Positions 40,122 through 51,784 of a stretch of 64,000 bases of DNA are shown in pieces. Source of the DNA: Yuukianura sp. NJ FZ-2021 (lineage: Eukaryota); contig CM102284.1 of NCBI GenBank assembly GCA_046563655.1, positions 7,440,001 to 7,504,000 on the forward strand. The letters run 5' to 3'. How positions within the stretch are numbered: the first letter of the stretch is position 1; the number at the start of each line of letters is the position of its first letter. The notes under the pieces were generated by a model. It made no database searches. It saw only the letters and a program-made list of their open reading frames with translations, and had not been told where the DNA came from. The translations under genes and the position numbers were made by a program.

Positions 40122-41179
40122 TAAGTATACTGTATATTCATATCAATAATTGTTAGTGTTAAGAGGTTAAGTGACATTTCCTTAAGTTAATTAAGATTAA
40201 CTTTAATTAGGATCAGGATCAGGATTAAGAGTGACTTCAGTAATCAGGATTAAGAGTGGATTAGGACTAAGTTTGGATTTGGATTAATCTCGGGTTTGGA
40301 TTCACTAGTGAATTTAGCTGCTAAGTTTGTTAGTTTAAGTTAGGTTAATTTGCGCAAAATTTGTTAAGGCAAAGGAGGCCTTAGCAAATCGTAAGAGAAT
40401 CATTTGTTCAAAGGCCTAGGGTTTTACGAGGGTAATTTATTCAATTTTCTCAAATTTTTGAAATTTCGAAATTTCAAATTTTTTCTTTTTCGTAAGACTT
40501 TTTGAAAAAGAGACTTTCCAAAACAAAACAAAAGTTTTAGCTCGTAACTTTTGTTTTAAATTGTAAAAGTTTCTTTTTTTAACTTAAGCTTTGTACCCCC
40601 TTACAACCTTGGTTGCAATTTCTCTAATTTTTAAGGCTTTTTGTAAAAATCAAAATTTCGAACACAAAATTTCACCAATTTTAAAACAACTCAAATTGTT
40701 TAGAAAAATGGTGGTAGGAGCTGCTCAGGTTCGTCTTGCGACTGTGTACGTGGCACAGGTCGCAGCAATTTACTATGTATTAAAATACAAAGTTTGATCT
40801 GTCTCATCTTTTCGTTCTTTTTTTTTCTTTCTTCTCAAAATTTTGGATTTCGTTTTTTAGTTTGTTTTTTAAACATTTTCAAAATAGTTTGAGATTTTAA
40901 GACTATCTGACTATGACTATGCTTTAGCCATTGTATAGAATAGCAGTAACCAGTAACACAAAGTATTCACGATTATCAACAATTTGTCAACGTTCAAATA
41001 ATTTTCGAAAATATTTTCCAAAATTTCCAAAAAAAAAAGTTTGAGTTTTCGATGTTGGAATGTATTTAGCTACCAAGCGTCATAATCTCGAGAATGAGCT
41101 GAAATAAAATTGTTGTCCATTTGCGAAGTTATTCCCGTTTCTGTGCTCGTGAAATTTTGATTTGTGAATGTAACTAAAC

Positions 41180-41411
41180 TATTTATTTATGATATAATAT
41201 CATAATTTAAATATAGTTAACTATTTCCATAACCTTACTGACTTGCACTGTTGAATTTTCAGTGGATTTTGTTCATGCAGTATTTGCCGGACTTCTGTTG
41301 AATTGAGAAAGTTACGCAATTTTCTAATTCCACAAAATCAAATTTTATTGCATATTTCAATACATATTAGCGTGGAGGATACATCACCTCTAGTTAAAAA
41401 TTAAGTAATCA
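41180..41411 (-). pseudogene. Decayed partial duplicate of the 3' part of the 44209-47358 gene
   Basis: 41259-41335 matches 44248-44321 (terminal exon); 41371-41411 matches 45172-45215 (internal exon acceptor). Confidence 0.6.
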
Positions 41412-41595
41412 AGTTTGTTAATTTCATAATATTCTTTCATTCATTGGATATCCAACTGGTTAGAAGTAACTTTTAGCTGGTTTGATTTATTGCGGGTACT
41501 TGGATTCTTCACTATGAATTTAGAAATGCTTTGGCTATGTTTTTTGTAGATGTGGCGTTGAGTACTTCAGTCTTCATCGTCTAATATTTGACTTG

Positions 41596-43757
41596 TTAGC
41601 AGCACGACGGTCCGGGGCAGCACTTCGGTGGACAAGGAGTAACGGACACGAAGCAACTATTCTCTTGCTTGGGCTATAAAATAATGTAGAGCCAATTAGT
41701 AATTAAGAAATCCTTGAATGAATTGAGTAGTTCGGAGGTCATTTACCGGGCAGCATGGCTTCGGAATGCAGCACATCGGAGGCTGCGGAGGAGGGCAACA
41801 TGGAGATGGACAACAGCTTGTGGGGGCTTTTATGTTGACGCAGATTGGTTTCTACAAATAAATAAAAATATGACGATCAGTCAGTGAATCATGGAACTAC
41901 CAGAAATGGGAAGAGAAATGTAATTGATTCGTTACAGGGCATGCGCCAGCTCCACAGCAAGATGGTCTGCATCCACACGGGTCCGGGCATGACAATGGTG
42001 GCGGCTGTCAAACGACAAAGCTTATTTCTTTTGCTTAAATTAGAGAAAATGCTATATATTTTTAATTGCTTACCGGACAGCAGACATCGCTTCCTTCACA
42101 ACGGGGATTGCATGGCTTCACAATGATGCAGGCAGGCGGCAAGGGGTTGCAGCAAGGAATTGGCTAAATTAAAATAAATCAAGCATTAGTTACCTTCATT
42201 TACTAATTAGATGTATTATGTTATCCTGATTAATTCCGGTTAAGCTCCACTTAAGCTCAAAACTTACACAGCAATTCCTTCCAGTTCTTGGCGGCGGAGG
42301 ACAGCAGCTGTGACGAATCGGTCGCACGATCATGGCTGGCGGTGCTGTAAGTTCGAAAAAATCGGAATAAAAGCCTTAAGAATTCAATTCCACTGCTGCC
42401 ATTAAACTTACGACAGCAAGGATCCATGCAACAGCTCATTGTTCGGCGGCGACAAGCTGAAATACAAAGAAATATGTAACAGTGTTTTTGACGTGTAAAT
42501 CTTAAAGTTAAGCTTACGATCAGGGCAACATGGAACTGGATCTGGTCGTGGACAGCAGGCTACGGAAATACGCGAAAACTTTTAGTAACGACGCAAATCT
42601 CAAGTCAAAGTCACACTAACTTTATGTTCAAGTGAAGTACTTACGATCCAGGGCTGGCCCACACGGAGGACAACAAGGAACTGAAGAATGAGAAAGGATT
42701 CAAGTTAACAGCGTGATTTGCAAATTGCCAAAATGTCATCCCAATAAGTTTAAATTGAGAAACATACTTGGACAGCATCTTGGCGGACAAATCGGTGGAG
42801 ACACGACTGAAAACATTAAAACAAAACTTGGGTCAAACTTTAAAAAATACAGTCAACGAAACGATCTACATAAACTGATGAAGTCACTCACCCAGGCACA
42901 TCTTCTTGCAGCATGGAGGTGGACTTTAACAAATTAAAGAAAGTTAGGATTCACAACCAAATCTGATAAATGACATGAACAGTGGATGGCGATATGCCAT
43001 TTTCCAAGAACTTGCAATAATACGTTACCAGCAAGGTGGAGGAATGAAGCATTTTCGTCCAGGACGAATGCACGGATCCGGCTAAAGTACAAAAAAACGC
43101 GAAGTCAAATGCATAGCTAACCGCAATAAATACTTTCAACAATCGAATCTCCTCATCAAGTACTCCAACACCAGCGAAAGTTGGATGTGTGGTCTTACAC
43201 AGCACTAGAATTTAGAAAGGCATTGATTAATAATTACACTTTAGACATAAAAGATTTGTTTGGAATGTCACGTCTAACGTAAAACGTGCACTTACCGGTG
43301 GAGGGCAGCAAACTTTCGGGAAGACGGGCATCCTCGGACAACATTGTGGCGCTGGGGGCTACAAAATGAGGCAGAAATTAAATTGTATCAATTACAAGTT
43401 AAGTTAGAACACAAAATACCAAGAATTCTACTTGAAGTTACTTACACAGCATGGTCTGCAGCAGGGTCGACAAGGATCGGGACAGCACAAAGTCAACCTG
43501 GGAGCTGGGCAGCAAGGTGGAGGCTAAAACACAAAAATCGTTACTTTGGGTAATGGATGATCTCGCGAGATGACTGAATTAAAATGTTACACAACAAGGA
43601 TTGCGTTGTGGACAGCCACCACAACCAGCCCCGCCTCCGAAAACCTACAAACAGAAACCGTTATGCAATTCCTTTGATTCCCTCCTGCGGTTCAGGTTGA
43701 TGTTTCCAGTAAATCAGTTGTCAAAGGTCAACTTACACGTCCGCCTCCGCAACTCAT
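41596..43757 (-). CDS. 16-exon Cys/Pro-rich protein (~295 aa), keratin-associated/sperm-tail Cys-rich-like composition
   Basis: Exons 43757-43737, 43644-43591, 43523-43446, 43358-43296, 43204-43199, 43081-43029, 42923-42892, 42806-42768, 42680-42645, 42559-42518, 42456-42412, 42344-42268, 42163-42074, 42004-41936, 41851-41747, 41673-41596. All are GT-AG and total 888 nt in frame (MSCGGGR...KCCPGPSCC*). Confidence 0.85.
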
Positions 43758-43997
43758 GTTGAATTTGGATGGCTATTCCAAGATTAGTCCGAGAAACTGA
43801 TGAAATGAGTGATGAGATGAAGTACTTTTAGTTTTAGAATTTAAAAAAACAGCGAATTTGGAGATTGAAGAGAGCGGTGGTGGGCGACTGTCTTCGCCGA
43901 GAGACTGGAATGAACTGAAGTTCTTCCTTGACCCTTGACCCCTGCAAAGAAAAGTTTGAGGTTTTGTTTTCCATTGCTATTCGCGTGCTCGAACGAC

Positions 43998-44011
43998 GTC
44001 GCCATGACAAC
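43998..44011. promoter_or_regulatory. Candidate RFX X-box upstream of the Cys/Pro gene
   Basis: GTCGCC-AT-GACAAC fits GYYNYY-N1-3-RRNRAC, ~240 bp upstream of the ATG at 43757. Confidence 0.5.
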
Positions 44012-44208
44012 CTAGTAATGTCATACGTAAGGCATCTTGATGAAAACGGGGACGTTTTTTTTCTTGCAAAAATTTCAGCAGAAATTTTGAGTATTAGTTT
44101 TGAGCAGAAGTATTTTGGGGGAGTTTGGAACTGTCAGATTTGTATACGGTAGGATTTATAATTAAACTATTTATTTAAATAATATAAATAATTAAATGTT
44201 TCTATACT

Positions 44209-47200
44209 TTACTGGTTGCTAAACTTCCTAGAGCACTGCTGAATCTTCAGTGGATTTTGCTCATGAAGTATTTTCCGCACTTCAGTTGAATTGAGAAAGT
44301 GTCGCAATTCCCTAATCACACAAATTGAAAATTGAATTTTAGACCAAATTTCAAAAACAAAGTTTCAAAATTTTTCGAAAAACGTTACCTCACGGGTTCT
44401 GGATCGCTCAAAGACGTTTTGAAATTTTCTTTTTGACGAAAATCGCTTTCAGATTTCTTTTCAATTCGAATCCAAACAGTAACTTGAGGTTGGTGAACAC
44501 AACGGACAGATTTGACCGTATAAAAATTCAATCGAAACAGACTTCCTTCGAAAGCCAGTGGTTTTGGTAGGACAGTCACAATCTAACAAATCATAACAAA
44601 AGACAAGGTCACACAAAGGTCACAATCTTAATTCAAAAGGTCACACGAAAGTTACAATTTTCATTCAAAAGGTCACAGAGGTCACGTACATATTTGAAGT
44701 AAAAGTACTCTTTCACTCCCAGACGCATGAAATCTTGAAGTGCGCTTGAAATTATCAGATTCTTGTCCAATTTCGGCCACCAATTCAACTGGCCAGATTG
44801 ATTTGATGCCGATTTGAATTCAACGGTGAAATTGAGCGCTGAATTTTCCGGAGTGTAGAAAATTTTCGGTTTTTGGCTCAGCGCTGAATCGATGATGATA
44901 CTGGACGTCTGTTGTGGTAAAAATTCAAAACAAGCGATTGAGCAACTCAGGTCAAAGGTCAGTGACCTTGACCTGCATTGAGACATTGTATTTGATGATA
45001 CTAACTTGACATTTTTTGAGTCCAAACTTGTCCTTGAAGCGTTTCGGAATATTTTCTTCGTAAAATGGCGGCATGAAATCAGATGGAAAAACGGAGCGTG
45101 GGAATAGGCGCATGCCGAGTCGTTTTTTGTAATTCTGGTCTTTGTAGGCTTCATCTTCAGAGTAGAGATAACGTGGAGGATACATCAACTCTAGTTAAAA
45201 ATTAAGTGCCAAGTTAGTTAAAGTTAAAGTAATTAGTTCAAATTCAAAGTTAATTATGATTATGATTACTTGGTCGATTGTTGAAATCAAATGCTGGAAC
45301 AATGGAGTGGATTTTGGAAGGCAAAAGCAGCGTCATGTCCACATTTGAACCAATCAGAGGAAACGATGGCGTCTTTGTATCAATTCCATAGAAAAAGTTA
45401 TTGTGCGAATCCAAAATGGCCAATTTTCCAGCCACGGGATCTGAAGCATCAAAATCATGTGTGATCAAAATTTCAAAAGTTTTTCAAAATTTTCAAAATA
45501 CACACCGTAGGCAACTGTCGAATCGCTGCCAAGATGACAGTATTTCCTTGAAATCCTGTGCTTTGACGAGTTGGATTTGTCATTTCCTGGAAGACTTTTC
45601 TGGATATCGTTGTGGACATAGAACAGAGCTTTCGAAAAATTCAAACCTATGGAACCAAAATTAAAAAAATCAGTAAAACAAATTTTTTTGATCATTTGGA
45701 AGTTGAATTTTTGAAAAAAGTGGTCACCAGTATTGTAGGAGTACCAAACTGAGCAATTGTCCCAAACAACAATAGAATCCTCTTCACCAAGTTGCTTGAC
45801 CTGAACATTTCCGGTGACCTTGAGAGTTGAATTCTTGCTTCTCAAAAGCCTTCCAGTGTCCAACGAGTAGTGACTGATGTTGATCTGTTCAAAAAATTGA
45901 ACAAAAAGTACTTCCAGCATCAAAGTTTAGAGTTGACCTTTGACCTACGAGGTCACGGCTTCCGTGCAACGCCAGAATCGTTTCTTGTCTTGGAAAAACG
46001 AGAGCTGAGTGCAGCAAGGTTGAAGTGAAAGGGCGGAGTTCAATTTTCTTGAAAGAAGTTCCAGTGTCAGTTGAAATGAAAACACTGAAATATAGAAAAA
46101 AAAAATTTTTTTTACAAAAAGAAATTTTGAAAAATATGTAGGTTAAATTTTCCCCGAAGCGTCGGAATCATTAATAATTTTTGTTCAAAAAGTATTGATT
46201 TACTCATGTGTGGCTGATCGCTGATTGATGGCCATGACGAGGTCACCGTAAAGACATGTCTGGGTCATTCTATTCTTGCAGCAGTTCTGGGTGACCAATT
46301 TTGTCACAGGGGAGGTCAATCCTAAAAGAATTCAATTTTTTGAAATTTCGAAATTCGAAATCTTGAAATCAAGAAAATTTCAAAATTTTAGTTTGCATTT
46401 CTCTAAAAGTGAACTCCTTACCCCTTGCCAAAGTGTATGAAAGAATGTTTGGATTGAGAATGGGCGATTTGCCTTCGTTGCGATGTGACCTCTCGAGGTC
46501 ACCAACTCTAATGATGAATTGAGATTCGACGATAATCAGAAGCGAGTCAGAAGCGAATTCAAAATCTGTAGCAGAAATCTTTGTAGAATCGTTTCCGGAT
46601 GGCAGAAGTTGACCTTCGAATGTCGTCCGAGGGAGTTTGAAAGGCGGGCAGTATGAAGAGGTCATTCGAAAAGATCCCCAGGTCAAATGAACATACTTGC
46701 TGTAATTGAAACAAAAGTAGATTAGATTTTTAAGAATTATAGTTAAAAAGTAAAATTTAAGAGAACTTTACAATGCGTAAGCTTTGAAGTCCATTCCTAG
46801 TGGAACGTTACATGGTGAAGAAACTAACTTGGCTCGCTTTCCCCATTGAAGCTGAACAGAAAGCACAAAATCCAAACATGAAACTGAAATTTTGAATTTT
46901 TGAATTTAGAAAGTTGATTTGAATGTCCTCACCAGCGGGTAGTCGACTTCGAGCGTCGTGATATTTCCTAAACAAAGTATCAAAAAATGACAAAAAGAAA
47001 TTACTTTTCAAAATAATTTTGAAAAACAAAGGTTCCCTTACCAGGCCATTCTATGAAATTGATATCCATTTGTTTCCAGTAGTCGTAGGCTTTGCTTGTA
47101 TTTCTTTCAGCATGTTCCATTCGATACTTCGGAAGAAAAACAGGATTTACAGGAACATTTCGAACATTGAATTCAATATCTCCGCTAAATGTGCTTGGAT

Positions 47201-47358
47201 TGCTGCAAAATAATAAAAATTATAATTAGTCAACGTCACATCAAAGTAAAGGTCAAAGGTCAAATTTTCTGGTGCTGGATTCATTACCTCTTCACAACTT
47301 CACACACTTTTGAACCCAGAATACCAAAAATAAGTAAAAACGTCACAATTTTCAACAT
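44209..47358 (-). CDS. Large secreted Asp-box/beta-propeller-like protein, possibly CatSper delta/epsilon-related, ~14 exons
   Basis: Signal peptide MLKIVTFLLIFGILGS; Asp-box-like VFISTDTGTSF and WYSYNTGLNF; spliceable to a stop at 44209-44211. The gene is well supported but the family call is tentative. Confidence 0.55.
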
Positions 47359-47509
47359 TTTGAAAAATCGTCCTAAATTCACTGAAAATCTGTAAACGCT
47401 TTTCAAGATTTCAGAGACAGAGGACACACTTTTTGAAATTCAAAAAGTTTCTCTTTCAATTTGAAAATAAAACAAGGCATTCTTGAAATCGCAGCGTTTA
47501 GAGATTGGC

Positions 47510-47524
47510 GTTGCCATGGGCAAC
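47510..47524. promoter_or_regulatory. Palindromic RFX X-box in a bidirectional promoter
   Basis: GTTGCC-ATG-GGCAAC lies midway between divergent ATGs at 47358 and 47665 (CEP19, a ciliary gene). Confidence 0.75.
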
Positions 47525-47664
47525 CAGCTGAATTAAGAAAATCACAACAAATTCCTAATTATTAGCTCGCATTGATACTACAAAACATGTTCGGAATCTT
47601 TTAGTCAATGAAAAGTTCCATCTATTTTGCAAATTTTTTTGTGAATGGTTGTAAAATCTGACAA

Positions 47665-48664
47665 ATGATGTCCGCTGAATCAGCGTCTGAATCAATCTTA
47701 CCTTTGACCTTGGGCATGATCTCTGACCCTCCAAAACTGATTTTAGTGTACAAACTGCATCTTCCCGGGAATGAGCCAAATGAGGGGAAACGTCGCCGAA
47801 GGACAATGCCTTTACGAGACTTCACGGACAAATCGGACATCAAAAAGTTCATCTTCAGTCTTCAGCAGCGACATTCCAAGTTCCTGTCAACAGTTCCACA
47901 AGTGTCACTGGAAAAAACATTACGCATAATTCAATTAGTCCAAGGAGGATTAACTGTTGGTAGTTGTCACTAACCAATTAATAATTGAACTTATAAAACT
48001 TAGGAAACTACTTTTGCTTTCTTACTTTTTAGCTCATGCTGTAAAGTGCGTGGATTCGGAGTTTGGCGTCAGTGGAGACGAAGACTTGAACAAGATTAGT
48101 CCAGAGGAGCTCAAGCGCAAGAAAGACATGATGAGCGAATCTTTTACGAAGCATCTTCTGCGACCTGGTGACCCTGGATATGTTTATGACAAAGAAGTGA
48201 CCTTTGACCCCCGTCCAGGAGCTAAAAGTACATGGGACGAAGAGGAGAGCTCAAAAACCGCTTCCATCAAGTTGTCCAACAATCTAAATACTTCCGCTGC
48301 TGGTGCTGAAACATCCAAATCGAAGAATTCTGAACTTCCAGCGCTCGGAACGACAATTTCTAATAAAAACGAGCCGGAGGAGGTCACAGATGAGAATTCA
48401 GCGAAGGATAAAAAGTCAGACCGGCAGACTTTGGATCCGGCGAATCCGAAATCCCCGAATCATGGTTCGGATCTGGATCCGGTTTCGGATCACGAGACAA
48501 TCGGCAGCGATGACTTTGAATCTGAAGAAGAAGAGGTTCCATTTTCAGGGAAAGAGTTATGCAAGGAATATGACTTCAAAAGAGTCGACACGGCTCCAGC
48601 CGATGACGATGGTGACGACAACAAGGAAAATGACGAAGATGACGACGATTTCTGGAAATTCTAA
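47665..48664 (+). CDS. CEP19: Centrosomal protein 19 with acidic C-terminal extension; exons 47665-47959, 48033-48664
   Basis: PPKLILVY, GKRRRRTMPLRDF, DEDLNKISPEELKRKKDMMSESF, RPGDPGYVYDKEVTF, STWD. Confidence 0.88.
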
Positions 48665-49028
48665 GTACACGAAATGAAAATTGAAACACGCATGAAGGTA
48701 AACCAACTTTATAAACATTCACATTTGTAAAAATCTACTAAAAATTGGTACTTACTAAAAGTTTATAGTAATTACTTTACTAAAGGTAGTATAAGGTCAT
48801 CTGATTAGTCACAGTTGAAGAATCCACTTGTTGAGCAGGTTGAGCTTGAGCAGGTCTGCAGATTGTCACAACTTAAAAGTACTAAAAATTTTTAGTCTTA
48901 ATCTATCGCTTTAAAAAGTTTTACGGTTAAAAGATTCAAGAATGTTTAAAATGGACGGTTCACGATTGGACGGTTGGGCAGTATGGTGCTTTCAATCGCT
49001 GATTGTCCCATGTTATGGCACTTAAAAA

Positions 49029-50713
49029 TCATTGAGCACTGGAAAGTCTTACAATTCCAAGAAAAGTTTTTCCTTGACGATCCGCTTCAATCATTGGAAA
49101 GGAATTGGCAAAGTGTTGCAAGTAGATTTGGTCACCTTCTTCCACATACCTGTAAAAATTAGTATGAAAACGTTTAGTTTGAAACTAATCGACTACTATA
49201 CAATAATTAAGTTTATTTCGACGTTTAATAGTTGATTTTTACTCACCAAGCAACTTGTGTGAAGCAGGTTTGGTAAAAAGTGCTTGGATAAGATGGGACA
49301 CATTCGGCAATTGGAATTGGTCTGCGGATTAAGCCTCCCTTGGCAGGATTCTTCTTGATGTAGATTCGAAAACCCATGGGTGCTGGTCTCTCGTCGACTC
49401 CGAGCGAGAGATGATAGTAAACCTAGAGTAAAAGTTAACATGAACAGTATTGTAAAAATTTCAATGTATTGCCAATATTTTTCAAAATTTTAAGTAAATG
49501 CAGTACCTGAGCGTAGATGAGATGGAGTCCACTTTCTTTGAAAATGACCGAAGTCCGGTTTGCATCCAGAGAGACGTCACGGTACCAGAGATCGTTGAAC
49601 CCAAAGTCCATCCCATCTCCGATATACCAAGGCCCGATTAACTCTACTAGAGAAAGTAATTGATTAACTGTTTCATAAGAAGGTAAATAAAGCTGAGAAT
49701 TAGCTGAGGAGAATACGTACGCTCGGGTTTGTTGATGTCAACGTTGGGTGCCATCGGAATCATGTAGACTGCTCTCGTCTCTAAAAGTTAAAACGAAGTA
49801 CAATCGTCGGTAATTGTTTGAAAAAAAAACGTTGAAAAGTGAAAAGAAGCGTTGTGCTAAAAAGTGGAAACTAAAAGCAGTTAGGAAGAAGTTGTAGTGT
49901 TGCGGACAGAGTAGACGAGGGCTGAAAACGGACAAGTACCGGAAACGTTTGCGTAGGAAGAACAAGAGGAGATAAGTTTGGCTTTAGTAACTCGGCGACG
50001 TGAATTGGCAAGCTTCAACTTAAGGCGAAGACTTTTGACAAGGTCCTTGGATTTTTGAAGCTTAGTTAATTGATCATGTTTACCACGGTCACTACCCTGT
50101 CGGTTCTTCACTCTTCGCCCAAATCGATTTTTCGAGTTCAAGCTTCCATCCGACGATTTCTGAACGTCTCCGCCTTTGCCGGGTGGCAGCGTATTGTTTT
50201 CGGCAGCATCTCTTCGAACTCGGTCTTTTCCAGGAAATGCATCCAATGCTTGGCCAGCCTCGACCGAGTTTACTATGATATTAGGAACTTCGTTGTTGCG
50301 ATCAGGTACGACGACGATAGGAACTTGATTCAAAATTTGAGTAAGCGTAGATTGGTATCCTTGAAGTTGTACTTGCATAATTTCATTCTTCATCTCCAGT
50401 ATCCACAATCTTCGAATCACAATGACAGCAAAGACGCAGAACACAACTGTCATGCCACAAAGGACTTTGAACGTATCATTTGCTGTTGCGTTGACCAGTA
50501 TTCCAGCACTGAAGTTGAGTCTCCGAGTTTCTGTAAAAATTCCAATGTTAAAGCTTAGACCCTGACCGACGTTGTTTAAATCTAGTAATGTCTAAAAATT
50601 CGTCTTTTACTTGAACTCGCAGTGTTTTGTTTCACATTTTGCGTTGTATTCTTTTTATCACAAGGTTCCAGCGGAATCCGTAGAGCACGATTACCGTTCC
50701 CCTCCGTGGCCAT
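49029..50713 (-). CDS. Divergent TNF-superfamily ligand (type II membrane, Eiger-like paralog), multi-exon
   Basis: N-terminal TM (VVFCVFAVIVI), furin-like RVRR, and THD motifs from spliced small exons: IFKESGLHLIYAQVYY, YQTCFTQVAWYVEEGDQIYL, KTFLGIVRL. Confidence 0.75.
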
Positions 50714-51171
50714 GTTGCGTGTCAAGTCCGATGACCTCTGCTCTCAATCCTACAATTCAGTACAATGTCCATGAAATGAAAAAGTAACTTCCAGTGCCAG
50801 TTATTACTTACAATATAAGTGCTGAATACCGTCAATACCGATACAAAAAATAAGTTTTCAATCATGACCCATGACGTACCTTTACAAACTTAAACGTTAC
50901 AGACTGTAACCCCTCCAAATGGATTTCACCAAGTAGTTAATTGAATTGACTAAACTAATTGTAGTTAACTAACTAAACCATAACAAATTAAATTTACAAA
51001 CAAAAGAATCCACAAGTGTTTGTTTTGTTCTTTTGTTTACGCGTTGGTTCTGCGTGAAAAGTGCATGGTGCAGGTGCAATGCAAATTGCAGTGCATGCAC
51101 TCCAAAATGAGTTGAGACGCGACTTTCTCACAAGCGCGGTAAACTGGATGAAATTAGTGTTTGAATAATTT

Positions 51172-51266
51172 ATGTGGTTGGTGTAGGAGTTACTGGCACA
51201 ACCCTTGTCACCCTCTGAATTTGTGTGGTTGGAGTAGCAGTTACTGCACACCACCCTTGTCACCCA
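51172..51266. repeat. Imperfect direct duplication (~45 bp x2)
   Basis: tgtggttggtgtaggagttactggcacaacccttgtcaccc and tgtggttggagtagcagttactgcacaccacccttgtcaccc. Confidence 0.6.
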
Positions 51267-51784
51267 CTCTCATTTTGAACTGAAGTTTAACATTGGGGGA
51301 TAGGCAGAAGACAGGAAAAGTTGACAGGATATTATGCGGTCCAAGAAGGCTCCTCTCCATTTTTCCCGGTTTTTATCTTCCCCTACAAAAAACACACTAG
51401 AGCAAAACCCATATCTGCCTCTTCGCTTCGTATAACCTCCATAGTATAATCTCCGATCTATTTAGTACTTTTCTGCTCTCCCGTCCATCTCCAATGTAAA
51501 AGACTCTTCAAAAATCTTCAACTTTATGCAAACAATTTGGAATTTTAGTTGAAACAATTACTACAAAAGTGACAAATTAAATTAAATGAGATTCAAAATA
51601 GAAACAATTGACTCAAAAATACTGTCAATGCACCATGATTTATTCCTTTGATAATAAAGTTACAATAGCTTTACATTACAATCATGCTTTACTTCTAAAA
51701 ACATTTGAACTGTGGGTTAGTGGCCTTGTCTTATGTTGAGATTCATCGTCAAAGGTCATGCAGAAGACACTGGAATTAGGCAGT

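Noticed and set aside
50994-51263. 89-aa Cys-containing ORF
   Set aside because: Non-ATG start, arises from a local duplication, and has no splice or homology support.
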